Virus record (IMG/VR): IMGVR_UViG_3300032213_002110
Span: 1,620-65,619 of that record
Strand: one strand, 5' to 3'
Source of the DNA: a virus
Taxonomy: Duplodnaviria; Caudoviricetes
DNA length: 64,000 nucleotides
Shown: one piece after another, positions 27,353 through 36,804 of the stretch
Layout: the number at the start of each line of letters is the position of its first letter
How positions within the stretch are numbered: the first letter of the stretch is position 1
Notes under the pieces: model-generated
Told to the model about the DNA's origin: nothing
Database searches by the model: none
Seen by the model: only the letters and a program-made list of their open reading frames with translations
Program-made: the position numbers and the translations under genes

Positions 27353-29887
27353 TTAAAATCCGAAAAACTCACTAGCTTTTGCATCATTTTCATTGGGATA
27401 ATCCCAACCAAGAACCTTATAAAAGTCTTCTAGTTTACTCTTTAGTTCTTGTTCATACATTGCCTCACGATCAACATACTTTAAAATGAAATCCATAATT
27501 TGATCAGGATCAGTACCATCAGCTTTCATAGCCAATCCTTCAATACCATATTCATTTTGTTTCATATACACCCACTTGATCTTTTGTCCATGTAGAATCT
27601 TTGGTACTGATTTGACCAAGTTCCACTTAACAAGTAGATCATTATAAGCTAAAGCAGCTTTAGCTTGTGCAGGAGTACCACTTACAAACTTAAATGCTGG
27701 TCGTTTATTACTATCATACACCTTTGTTTTATCTTGACTGCTAAATTTAACACTGGTGTTCTTAGCAATATCAATAACATTCAATGTCTTGATACTTTCT
27801 TTGAAATCCAAGATGTTCTTATCAATGGTTTCTTTTTCTACCTTTTTTAAGAGATCAATCAAGAAACCATGCATGAATGTACGGAATTTGGCTGGAAACG
27901 ATGTTCTAACAACATCAATACCTTTAACTTCCAATTCATCACACACTACACCACCTTTATTGATAATGAACTGTGCATATCTCTTCTTAGCTAACCAGAA
28001 TGATGTCTTTGCAATAACTTCTTGTTTTGCATCAAATCTATGTTTTTGAACATTAAACATACGATCTGCCATGATATCAAACATCTTGTTTACGAAAGAT
28101 TGTACTTCACCACAAACTTTCAAGATTGCTTTGGTCATTTGTTCTTCATCTTTGAGATCAATATCTGGCATTGTCTTTTGAATGATAGGTAAAGCACTAG
28201 CAAAACAAGAGTCGGTATCAGTGTAAATAAGATAATCACCATCTTCCTTTAATACAGTTTTATAATATTGATTGATAGATTTACCAGCAGTTTTAATGAT
28301 ATCAACACCAGTCAACGTGACTGCTTCAGCATTGTCCTTATCATAAAAACGGAATACGGGTAGACCCAAACATCCATAAATAGAGTTAAGCAAAATCTTC
28401 TGAATCTTTTGACGATTATCATAAAATTCATACAATTCCCATTCTTTAGCATCTGCGTGTTTCTTAGCTAACTTTCGTAAGTTTTTACGTTCATCGAACC
28501 ACTTGACTAGAATACTAGGAATAGTTCCCATATCACCATTTTCTTCTGGTTTCTTATACAAGACACCATTACTAGCAATACTCAAATTATTCTCCGTCAA
28601 CATTGACTTAAAATCAGAAGGAGTATATGGATTTCCAGAAATATAAATATTATTCAATCCATTCTTAACATATTCTTCCACATTCCAATTGTCTACTTTA
28701 CCTACCTTAGTCTCTGGACTGATGTTAAGACTGATGATGATATTCGGATACATTGATGTAAGGTCCAAGTCAAACACCCAATCATAACGGCCGGGAATAG
28801 GATCTTTAACATAAGCACCTTCAAAACCTTCTTCATTTTGTTCCAACTGGTTTTCATATTCAGCCCGTCCTTCCAATGACTTGTTAGGAGCAACCTGTTT
28901 CTTTCTACGTAGATAAATAAGAATAGCACCTTCCAAAAACCTAGAACTCATACCAAAGTTCTCATATCCTACATGTCCAGTATGACAAATACCTCTAGCC
29001 AAATCAATAAATTGTAACTTTTCATCAAGAGCAACAACGATCTTAACGTCATTCAAGTTATATTCAATGTACTTGTTAATATCTTCTTTATACAAGTCAT
29101 TCAAACTACCCTTGTAACTGATCTTATCAATATTAACAACCTTCTTACCAATAGCACCTAGAGCATAACTTGGTTCATTCTTACCACTGAACTTCTTGTA
29201 TAGAATCATATAGTCCAAACAAGATACCCCTGCAATAGTCATACGTTCTTGAAACTTGTTAAAGTAACAAATACCAATAGAACTTAGACGTTTAGCATTG
29301 GTTTCACCAACAACACGTTTTGCACGGTTGTACAAGTACACCATATCAAATCCATCAATGTTCCAACCAGTAACAATGGTTGGTTGAATTTCTTCCCATT
29401 TGGTAAAGAAATGCATCAATAGTGATTCTTCATTATCATATGATTTAATCTCAACGTTATCATTGATACTATCTTGTATCTTCATTTCCCTATCCAAGAT
29501 GAATACAGTATATTTCTTTGTAGCATCATCATGAATAGCAATAGCAGTGATTTCTTTATCACCTTCTTCAATGACAGGAAATCCACCTTCGGAACTAACT
29601 TCAATGTCAATTGTGACTACACGATGTCCTTTTGATGGTTCATCACTGTCTTCATATGCATCAATTAGAATACGAGTTTCTGTTGGAACATCACTTTCAA
29701 ACAATGATGGATCTCTTGGATTAAAGTTATAAATCTTCTCTAACTTATCACCATAGATTGAACGATAAATACCATTAGGACTTTTTCTGTATGCATAATG
29801 TCTAAATGGAAATGTAACGTAACCTTTTTCATCGTCCCAAAGATGCACGATGTTTTCTTTTTTATCAACGAATATATTCTGATACAT
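27353..29887 (-). CDS. family B DNA polymerase (T4 gp43-like)
   Basis: Exonuclease motifs DIEV, GWNIDGFD and YNLND; polymerase motifs DLTSMYP, KILLNSIYG and YTDTDS. No intein or intron evident. Confidence 0.97.
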   Translation of the reverse strand: MYQNIFVDKKENIVHLWDDEKGYVTFPFRHYAYRKSPNGIYRSIYGDKLEKIYNFNPRDPSLFESDVPTETRILIDAYEDSDEPSKGHRVVTIDIEVSSEGGFPVIEEGDKEITAIAIHDDATKKYTVFILDREMKIQDSINDNVEIKSYDNEESLLMHFFTKWEEIQPTIVTGWNIDGFDMVYLYNRAKRVVGETNAKRLSSIGICYFNKFQERMTIAGVSCLDYMILYKKFSGKNEPSYALGAIGKKVVNIDKISYKGSLNDLYKEDINKYIEYNLNDVKIVVALDEKLQFIDLARGICHTGHVGYENFGMSSRFLEGAILIYLRRKKQVAPNKSLEGRAEYENQLEQNEEGFEGAYVKDPIPGRYDWVFDLDLTSMYPNIIISLNISPETKVGKVDNWNVEEYVKNGLNNIYISGNPYTPSDFKSMLTENNLSIASNGVLYKKPEENGDMGTIPSILVKWFDERKNLRKLAKKHADAKEWELYEFYDNRQKIQKILLNSIYGCLGLPVFRFYDKDNAEAVTLTGVDIIKTAGKSINQYYKTVLKEDGDYLIYTDTDSCFASALPIIQKTMPDIDLKDEEQMTKAILKVCGEVQSFVNKMFDIMADRMFNVQKHRFDAKQEVIAKTSFWLAKKRYAQFIINKGGVVCDELEVKGIDVVRTSFPAKFRTFMHGFLIDLLKKVEKETIDKNILDFKESIKTLNVIDIAKNTSVKFSSQDKTKVYDSNKRPAFKFVSGTPAQAKAALAYNDLLVKWNLVKSVPKILHGQKIKWVYMKQNEYGIEGLAMKADGTDPDQIMDFILKYVDREAMYEQELKSKLEDFYKVLGWDYPNENDAKASEFFGF

Positions 29888-29889
29888 AA

Positions 29890-30117
29890 TTAATAACCCA
29901 ACTTACTTCTAAGTGAAGTGTATATACCAATGTACTCTGGTTTGACATATTTGTCAAACTGAATCACTCTTTCTCTTAGTTTATGGTCTTTTATAAAAGG
30001 GAAAAGTTCTGGATCTACTTGTTGTCCAGATAATACAGGAGGATTTCCCATATTAACTATACCCCAAAGCATTGTAACTTCGTCTTCTGTTAGTGAATAT
30101 AACTGATCTAATGTCAT
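29890..30117 (-). CDS. hypothetical protein (75 aa)
   Basis: Coupled to the polymerase gene, downstream of the promoter at 30144-30172. Confidence 0.65.
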   Translation of the reverse strand: MTLDQLYSLTEDEVTMLWGIVNMGNPPVLSGQQVDPELFPFIKDHKLRERVIQFDKYVKPEYIGIYTSLRSKLGY

Positions 30118-30848
30118 TTTAGTTTAATACCAAATATATTGGTACTATAACTAACGAACAAAACATTGTCAAGTTTATTTTTTATTTTTTCTAATTCTTT
30201 TGTATGAATTTCTTTTTCTGCATCATCTACTTCTTTGACACTGAAACTATTACCTGTACTAATACCTACATTGCTTCTAGGACTTAAATTAACTTGTGGT
30301 GTAATAACCAAATAATCACCTTCTTTTAATTCTTTCTTTTTACTGGATTTGCCATCCAATACTAGAATTTTACCTTCTACTACATATATGTGTGTATATT
30401 TTGAACCAGATTTAGCAAAGAATCTACTTTTACCGAAGTTAATGAATCCCATAGCAGTACCGATGTTATATACATTAGTGGTTGCATTAACACAATAAAT
30501 CTCTCCGTCAAATGTAAAATTAAACAAACTTTCCTTTACTTTAACGATATTTGGCAATTTGAAATCATTTTCATATACTGTTTGAGTTTGGCTAAAATAT
30601 ACAGATGTATTTTCTAATTGATTTACTGCAATTTGATGTGGAAATACATAGTTGGCATAATCATTGGTTTTGGTGGTAATGGACAATCCATTTGACAAAG
30701 TGAATGTTTTACCACTAGTAGTTGGTAATAAATTCAATTTGTTATCAACGACTTCAGATAGTTCGGTCTTTTCGTTTGCGTCATATAAAAATAATTCATT
30801 GGCAAACAAGGACACACAGCTTAGTAGAATAATTATAATTTTGTTCAT
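30114..30848 (-). CDS. exported protein with FecR-like domain
   Basis: Signal-peptide-like MNKIIIILLSCVSLFA; HIYVVEGKILV...KELKEGDYLVI resembles the FecR beta-domain. Confidence 0.5.
   Translation of the reverse strand: MNKIIIILLSCVSLFANELFLYDANEKTELSEVVDNKLNLLPTTSGKTFTLSNGLSITTKTNDYANYVFPHQIAVNQLENTSVYFSQTQTVYENDFKLPNIVKVKESLFNFTFDGEIYCVNATTNVYNIGTAMGFINFGKSRFFAKSGSKYTHIYVVEGKILVLDGKSSKKKELKEGDYLVITPQVNLSPRSNVGISTGNSFSVKEVDDAEKEIHTKELEKIKNKLDNVLFVSYSTNIFGIKLK
30144..30172 (-). promoter_or_regulatory. sigma70-like promoter for the polymerase operon, inside the 3' end of the FecR-like gene
   Basis: TTGACA, 17-nt spacer, TATAGT; a short TACCAA/TTGGTA hairpin follows. Confidence 0.65.
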
Positions 30849-30871
30849 ATAGAATAAATAGTTGTTATAAA

Positions 30872-30899
30872 TTGACTTATCTTAGTTATAATGTAAAGT
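30872..30899 (+). promoter_or_regulatory. sigma70-like promoter, probably leaderless, for the nuclease/glycosyltransferase operon
   Basis: TTGACT, 16-nt spacer, TAAAGT; ATG 6 nt downstream. Confidence 0.55.
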
Positions 30900-30905
30900 G
30901 TTCAA

Positions 30906-31814
30906 ATGGAAAATCAAGAAATAAAAAAGAAAAAAGTAAGTTTCAGTCAGTATTCTATGTGGATGAAGTGTCCATATAGCTGGAAACTTAACTATCTGGA
31001 AGGTAAACGAATCTATGATGCTAGTTTAAATATATTCTTTGGTACCGCAATTCATCATTCTATTCAAACATTTTTACAAACACTATATACCGAATCTGTT
31101 GAAAAAGCAGATAGTCTTAATTTATATGAATTGTTCAAAGTTAAGTTTGAGGAAGAAATTCAGAAAGAAAAGAGTAAACCAGGTAGTAAATTTACCTATA
31201 CAGATGATGAATATACTGAGTTTGTATTTGATGGTGAAGATATCTTAAAGACATTTCTAAGTTCAAAGAATCGGCTCAAATACTTTCCGTCACAAAAATA
31301 TGAATTTATTGGTATTGAAGTACCATTGGATATGTCTATTAAAAACAATGTGGATTTTATTGCGTATCTAGACTTGGTTCTTAAAGATAAAGAAACTGGT
31401 AAGTACAAGATTTATGACTTTAAAACCAGTTCTAATGGATGGAATAAGTATCAAAAGGAAGATCCAGCGAAGTTTAGTCAGATCTTACTATATAAAGCAT
31501 TTTATGCGAAGAAGTTCGATGTAGATTTGAACATGATTGAAGTAGAATTCTTTATCTTGAAGAGAAAACTATATGAAAATGTAGATTTCCCACAAAGTCG
31601 TATTCAAATCTTTGAACCGATGCATAATAAACAAGCAGTGATATCTACCATCAATGATTTTGGTACATTTGTTACAGAATGTTTTACGGTAGATGGAACC
31701 TATAATGTAAGTGGTTCATATCCAAAGATTCCTGGTAAATCAAAGAAGAATTGTAAATACTGTTCACATCACAAAGTAAACTGTGATGGTAAAGAAGATA
31801 AATTGTTGAATTAA
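30906..31814 (+). CDS. PD-(D/E)XK nuclease (RecB/Cas4-like)
   Basis: SFSQYSMWMKCP, GTAIH, YLDLV...IYDFKTS, QILLY, CKYC. Confidence 0.85.
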   Translation: MENQEIKKKKVSFSQYSMWMKCPYSWKLNYLEGKRIYDASLNIFFGTAIHHSIQTFLQTLYTESVEKADSLNLYELFKVKFEEEIQKEKSKPGSKFTYTDDEYTEFVFDGEDILKTFLSSKNRLKYFPSQKYEFIGIEVPLDMSIKNNVDFIAYLDLVLKDKETGKYKIYDFKTSSNGWNKYQKEDPAKFSQILLYKAFYAKKFDVDLNMIEVEFFILKRKLYENVDFPQSRIQIFEPMHNKQAVISTINDFGTFVTECFTVDGTYNVSGSYPKIPGKSKKNCKYCSHHKVNCDGKEDKLLN

Positions 31815-31821
31815 AATTAAT

Positions 31822-31849
31822 ATATATGTATATATACATATACATATAT
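31822..31849. promoter_or_regulatory. TA-rich palindrome, candidate operator
   Basis: Perfect 20-bp palindrome TATATGTATATATACATATA (31823-31842) and an alternative 12-bp stem; lies directly upstream of an RHH-like gene. Confidence 0.45.
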
Positions 31850-31854
31850 GTTGT

Positions 31855-32085
31855 ATGAAATATGATAGTATAACAACAATAAAGGTAAACAAACAGTTAT
31901 ATGATTCATTTAAGATCGACAATATTAAGAGTAAGTTCAATTTACAAGATTTAGTAAGTCGTTCAATGTATTTGTATATGAACGACAAAGAGTTTAGAGA
32001 TAAACTTTATAATTTTATATTGCCGATATTAAGTGAAGCGTCACAACAAACAGTTTTAAACATTTCAGGATCTAAAAAAGTATGA
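31855..32085 (+). CDS. small ribbon-helix-helix-like DNA-binding protein
   Basis: TTIKV beta strand followed by helices KQLYDSFK and LQDLVSRSMYLY. Confidence 0.55.
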   Translation: MKYDSITTIKVNKQLYDSFKIDNIKSKFNLQDLVSRSMYLYMNDKEFRDKLYNFILPILSEASQQTVLNISGSKKV

Positions 32086-32612
32086 GTAAAAAGAAAATTC
32101 TATTATTATCCGATGATTTGCGTATGCATAGTGGTATTGCTACTATGTCCAGAGAATTGGTATTAGGCACAATCCACCATTATGATTGGGTGCAAATTGC
32201 AGGTGCGATTAAACATCCAGAAGCAAATAAAGTTGTTGATTTGAGTCAAGCAACAAGAGATATGACAAAAATATCAGATGCATATGTAAAACTGTATCCA
32301 ACAGATGGTTATGGTAGTGATCAAATGTTATTTGCTGTAATGCAAGCGGAAAATCCAGATGCAATTATGCATTTTACCGATCCTAGATTTTGGGGATGGT
32401 TGTACGCAATTGAAAAACAAGTACGTGCAAAAGTTCCACTAACATATCTTCACATTTGGGATGATTTGCCATATCCTATGTGGAATAGACCATTTTATCA
32501 GAGTTGTGACGCATTGTTTGCTATTAGTAAACAATCAAATAATATTGCTAAACATGTATTAGGAGCAGAAAACTGTTTCTCACTAGACGAAGTAAACAAC
32601 CAACCAGTTTAA
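32082..32612 (+). CDS. GT4-like glycosyltransferase, N-terminal half
   Basis: KILLLSDDLRMHSGIAT, PDAIMHFTDPRFW, HIWDDLPYP, CDALFAISKQ; ends before the PHGI motif. Confidence 0.75.
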   Translation: MSKKKILLLSDDLRMHSGIATMSRELVLGTIHHYDWVQIAGAIKHPEANKVVDLSQATRDMTKISDAYVKLYPTDGYGSDQMLFAVMQAENPDAIMHFTDPRFWGWLYAIEKQVRAKVPLTYLHIWDDLPYPMWNRPFYQSCDALFAISKQSNNIAKHVLGAENCFSLDEVNNQPV

Positions 32613-32619
32613 TAAAGTT

Positions 32620-33606
32620 ATGCCATTTAAAAATAAAAAACATTTGTTACACTTAGTTCCTCACGGTATCAACAGTGATGTATTTAGACCATTGAGTTCT
32701 ACAGATAAACTTATCAAAGATAAAAAGAAACAACTATTTGGAGACAAACAATATGATTTCGTATTGTTCTATAATAGTCGTAACGTTCAACGTAAAAAGA
32801 CAAGTAACGCAGTATTAGCTTTCAGAGCTTTCTGTGACAATCTAACACCCGAACAAGCAGCAAAGTGTGTATTTGTACTACATACTGAAAAAGTTCAAGA
32901 TGCAGGTACTGATTTGCCTGAAGTAATTAAAGCATTGTGTCCAAATTATGATGTTGTATTTGTTGAACACAAGATTAGTCCCGAAGAAATGTGTGCGATG
33001 TATAATATTGCAGATGCAACAATTCTAACTAGTTCCAATGAAGGATTTGGTTTGAGTATTGCTGAATCAATTATGTGTGGTACTCCTGTAATTGTTAATG
33101 TTACTGGTGGACTACAAGATCAAATTGGTCAAGTAGATGATAACAGTAAACCATTTGAATTTGATTTGAACTTTGGTACCAATAGTATTGGAAAATATAG
33201 AAATCATGGTGTATGGGCAAAGCCAATTTGGCCATGTGTGAAAACGATCCAAGGAAGTGTACCAACACCATATATCTTTGATGATGTATGTACATGGGAA
33301 GAATCTGCCGAAGCAATTATGTATTGGTACTTAATGACTCCAGAACAACGTGAAAAGTGTGGTTTGGAAGGTCGTCGTTGGGCAATGAATGAGGGTGGTA
33401 TTAATGCAAAGAATATGTGTGATCAATTTATCAAAGCAATGGATTATACTATCAATAACTTCGTTCCTGAACCCGGATTTGGTTTGTTTACTACTAACAA
33501 TCATATGGGCAATTATCAACCACATAATAGTATTGGTGTAGAAATTCCAAAGATTGATATTGACAAATTGAAGAATGACATCAATACTACAGTAGCTAAA
33601 CTATGA
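32620..33606 (+). CDS. GT4-like glycosyltransferase, C-terminal half
   Basis: VPHGINSDVF, NSRNVQRKK, SSNEGFGLSIAESIMCGTPVI, TGGLQDQ. Confidence 0.8.
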   Translation: MPFKNKKHLLHLVPHGINSDVFRPLSSTDKLIKDKKKQLFGDKQYDFVLFYNSRNVQRKKTSNAVLAFRAFCDNLTPEQAAKCVFVLHTEKVQDAGTDLPEVIKALCPNYDVVFVEHKISPEEMCAMYNIADATILTSSNEGFGLSIAESIMCGTPVIVNVTGGLQDQIGQVDDNSKPFEFDLNFGTNSIGKYRNHGVWAKPIWPCVKTIQGSVPTPYIFDDVCTWEESAEAIMYWYLMTPEQREKCGLEGRRWAMNEGGINAKNMCDQFIKAMDYTINNFVPEPGFGLFTTNNHMGNYQPHNSIGVEIPKIDIDKLKNDINTTVAKL

Positions 33607-34283
33607 AAATTCAAGTTTTAAAAAACGAGACTTATCAGTCTATAGATAATTTACCAAAGAAAGGTACTGATAGAGCTACTGGATTTGATGTAGTTGTTAC
33701 AAGCGATCCAGAAATCGTTGGTACACAGTATGAGAATGGCGCATACAAACGCATTGACTACATTCAATACAAGACCAATCTTAAGTTAGCAGTTCAAAAA
33801 GATCGTCAATTTAGTAACTTTGGTTATACTGATTTGGATTATGATATTCTAGCATTTCCTCGTAGTAGTGTTAGTAAGTATAATCTAGTATTAGCCAACT
33901 GTATTGGATTGATTGACGCAGATTATCGTGGTGAAGTATTACTTCGTTTCAAGTATATCTGGCAACCAGAAGATTATTTGGTTGGAAATGATAAAACATT
34001 GGAAGGATATGTTAACTTTACTAAACTCTATAATAAGGGTGATAAGGTTTGTCAACTCAAGGTAACAAAAGTTGAAAATGTAGAATTTGTTTTAGTAGAT
34101 GAATTAGATTCTACCAATAGAGGTGACGGTGGATTTGGTAGTACTGATGTCAAATCAACAGATAATACCAAACAACAAACAAAAAACATTGCAGATTTGT
34201 ATGAAAAAATCAGTGGAAATATTACCACTCCATCAAAAAAATATATAGATTCAATTAAAGAAAGAGAAAGACAATTAGGATAA
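33603..34283 (+). CDS. dut: trimeric dUTPase
   Basis: ATGFDV, PRSSVSK, NCIGLIDADYRGE, GDKVCQL, RGDGGFGST. Confidence 0.92.
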   Translation: MKIQVLKNETYQSIDNLPKKGTDRATGFDVVVTSDPEIVGTQYENGAYKRIDYIQYKTNLKLAVQKDRQFSNFGYTDLDYDILAFPRSSVSKYNLVLANCIGLIDADYRGEVLLRFKYIWQPEDYLVGNDKTLEGYVNFTKLYNKGDKVCQLKVTKVENVEFVLVDELDSTNRGDGGFGSTDVKSTDNTKQQTKNIADLYEKISGNITTPSKKYIDSIKERERQLG

Positions 34284-34287
34284 ATTT

Positions 34288-35592
34288 ATGAGTAAACCAT
34301 TATGTGTAATTCAAGGTCCGGTCTTCAATAGAAGTGGATATGGCGATTTGGCAACCGATCTAGCAAAAAGTCTTGTTAGATATGGCAAATATGATATTAA
34401 AATTGCTCCTACAAGATGGGGTGGATGTCCATCAAAAACAACAATTGATGAACTACATACCGAAGAGGAAAAACAACTTGCATCATTATTTTTGACGCAA
34501 AATTTAAATAAGCAGCCTGATTTGTTTATTCAAATCAGTATTCCAAATGAATTTCAGCCTGTAGGTAAATATAATATTGGAATTACCGCAGGTATTGAAA
34601 CAACAATGGCATCAGGCCAATTCGTTGAAGGTTTAAATAAAATGAACATGAATATTGTTACCAGTAATCATGTTAAAAAAGTATTTGAATCTGCGCAATA
34701 TGCAAAACAATATGAAGACGGCAGAAAAGAACTTCTTAAGAGTGAAAAACCATTGGAAGTATGTTTCTGGGGTGCTGATACTAATGTATATAAGAAAACA
34801 GATGAAAAGGTTGAATCAGTTGAAAGTGTACTTTCTTCTATTCCAGAAAAGTTTGCATTCTTGTTTGTAGGACAGTGGACTCATAGAAGTTTATACAATG
34901 ATCGCAAAGATATTGGAAATCTTATTAAGACGTTTAGTAATACATTTAAGAACAAATCTCCTGAAAATAGACCTTGTTTGTTACTAAAGACTAGTGGTGT
35001 AAATTTCTCTGCGGTAGATCGTGACGAAATTCTAAGTAGAATCAAACAAATTCAATCAGAAGTTGGTGACAATTGTCCAAACGTATATCTACTTCATGGT
35101 GAATTAACACCTAAAGAGATGAATGCTTTGTTGAATCATGACAAAGTAAAAGTACATGTCAGCTTTACTCACGGTGAAGGATTTGGTCATCCATTGCTAT
35201 TGGCTTCATTGAGTGGTAAACCAGTATTATCATCAAATTGGAGTGGACATTTGGATTTCTTAAATCCTAAATATGCATCTTTCTTTGAAGGATCATTAAA
35301 ACAAATTCATCCTGAATCTGCAAATGATTGGTTGATTAAAGAGTCTAGTTGGTTTTATGTCGCATATGGATTGGCAGAAGACAAATTTAAACAATATTAT
35401 CATAGTTATAATCAATCTTATACTGATAAAGCAGAACAACTTCGTGTTGAAAATGCAGAAAAGTTTAGTCTTAATGCTATGGATACAAAACTATGGGGAA
35501 TTTTGGACAAATATGTTCCGGAATTTGCTGTGGAAAAGAAGATTGTACTACCTAAATTGAAGAAAATTGAATTGCCAAAATTAAATAAATAA
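34288..35592 (+). CDS. GT4-like glycosyltransferase
   Basis: NRSGYGD, IGITAGIET, FLFVGQW, DRKDIG, THGEGFGHPLLLAS, NWSGHLDFL. Confidence 0.8.
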   Translation: MSKPLCVIQGPVFNRSGYGDLATDLAKSLVRYGKYDIKIAPTRWGGCPSKTTIDELHTEEEKQLASLFLTQNLNKQPDLFIQISIPNEFQPVGKYNIGITAGIETTMASGQFVEGLNKMNMNIVTSNHVKKVFESAQYAKQYEDGRKELLKSEKPLEVCFWGADTNVYKKTDEKVESVESVLSSIPEKFAFLFVGQWTHRSLYNDRKDIGNLIKTFSNTFKNKSPENRPCLLLKTSGVNFSAVDRDEILSRIKQIQSEVGDNCPNVYLLHGELTPKEMNALLNHDKVKVHVSFTHGEGFGHPLLLASLSGKPVLSSNWSGHLDFLNPKYASFFEGSLKQIHPESANDWLIKESSWFYVAYGLAEDKFKQYYHSYNQSYTDKAEQLRVENAEKFSLNAMDTKLWGILDKYVPEFAVEKKIVLPKLKKIELPKLNK

Positions 35593-35594
35593 TT

Positions 35595-36134
35595 ATGGAA
35601 CACTATTATCAATCTGTTAAGGGAGCATTTACTTTTCCCAATTTATACAAGAAAATTTCTACTATTTTTGACAATGCAGAATTTGTAGAAGTAGGTGTCT
35701 GTTATGGACAAAGTTCTGTATTTATGGGAGTAGAAATTATAAATCAAAATAAAAATATTAAATTTAATCTTGTAGATTCTTGGGATGAAAGTTTTGAAAA
35801 AGGTATGTATGATTCATTCATGAATACAATACAACCAATCAAATATCAAATGGGAGATAAATTAAATATCATAAAAGATTTATCAGTAAATGCTTCCAAG
35901 ACATTTAAAGATAATAGTTTAGATTTTATTTTCATTGATGCATGTCATGATTATGAATGTGTAAAAGAAGATTTAAATGCATGGTATCCAAAACTTAAAA
36001 AGGATGGTGTAATTGCAGGTCATGATTATTATGATGGTCATCATGGTGTAGAACAAGCAGTAAATGAATTTTTCTATGGAAACATGGACAAATTATATAG
36101 TCAAGAATATTGTTGGGTTTATTATAACAGATAA
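35595..36134 (+). CDS. class I SAM methyltransferase (Methyltransf_24-like)
   Basis: FVEVGVCYGQS, VDSW, DFIFIDACHDYECV, GVIAGHDY. Confidence 0.85.
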   Translation: MEHYYQSVKGAFTFPNLYKKISTIFDNAEFVEVGVCYGQSSVFMGVEIINQNKNIKFNLVDSWDESFEKGMYDSFMNTIQPIKYQMGDKLNIIKDLSVNASKTFKDNSLDFIFIDACHDYECVKEDLNAWYPKLKKDGVIAGHDYYDGHHGVEQAVNEFFYGNMDKLYSQEYCWVYYNR

Positions 36135-36135
36135 T

Positions 36136-36804
36136 ATGTCAAAACCATTTATATCATATTTAGTTACTTGTAAAAATACAGGATTTGAACTTCAAAATCT
36201 TTTGGAAAGACTGTACAAATACGGTCAAAACAATGAATGTATCATATTAGATGATCATAGTGATAATCCAGATACGTTACAAATATTAAATAACGCATCC
36301 GACAACAGTTTTTTCAAAGTATATAAACATGATTTGAATAAAAACTATAGTGAACATAAAAATTATGGTAAAAGTCAGTGTCAAGGAGAATATATTTTTC
36401 AAATTGATGACGATGAAATGCCATCAGAAACGTTATTGGAATCATTAAATGAGTTAATTGAATTAAATAATGATATTGACTTATTTTGGATTCCTCGTAT
36501 AAATGATTTCAAAGGCGTAAATCCAGAAAATTCCAGACAATGGGGTTGGAGATTAACATCCTATGAAGATAGATTGATTGTTAATTGGCCAGATCCACAA
36601 GGTAGATTGTTTAAAAATGTACATTATATTGAATGGAAACGTAGATTACATGAAAAAGTAGAAGGTGCAAAAACATATGTTCATTTACCCGCAGTATATG
36701 AATTATCTTTGCATCATAACAAAACAATAGAAAAACAAATACAAACAAACATTAAGTATAACAAACTGTTTACAGAAGAAGAAAATAAAGGATTCAAAGT
36801 ATGA
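36136..36804 (+). CDS. GT2-family glycosyltransferase
   Basis: ISYLVT, ILDDHS, KNYG, YIFQIDDDE, WPDPQGR, LHE. Start moved from 36064 to 36136. Confidence 0.8.
   Translation: MSKPFISYLVTCKNTGFELQNLLERLYKYGQNNECIILDDHSDNPDTLQILNNASDNSFFKVYKHDLNKNYSEHKNYGKSQCQGEYIFQIDDDEMPSETLLESLNELIELNNDIDLFWIPRINDFKGVNPENSRQWGWRLTSYEDRLIVNWPDPQGRLFKNVHYIEWKRRLHEKVEGAKTYVHLPAVYELSLHHNKTIEKQIQTNIKYNKLFTEEENKGFKV

Noticed and set aside
27353-29887. Intein or intron in the DNA polymerase or the RNR genes
   Set aside because: Lengths and motif spacing are normal; no insertion with C/S...HN ends or interrupted frame was seen.
30906-31814. Cas4 as evidence of a CRISPR system
   Set aside because: It is a stand-alone phage PD-(D/E)XK nuclease; no cas1/cas2 or array is present.
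32596-32622. Programmed frameshift joining the two GT4 halves
   Set aside because: The frames overlap, but there is no X-XXY-YYZ slippery site or stimulatory structure. A double stop and a normal start context favour two genes. Not fully excluded.
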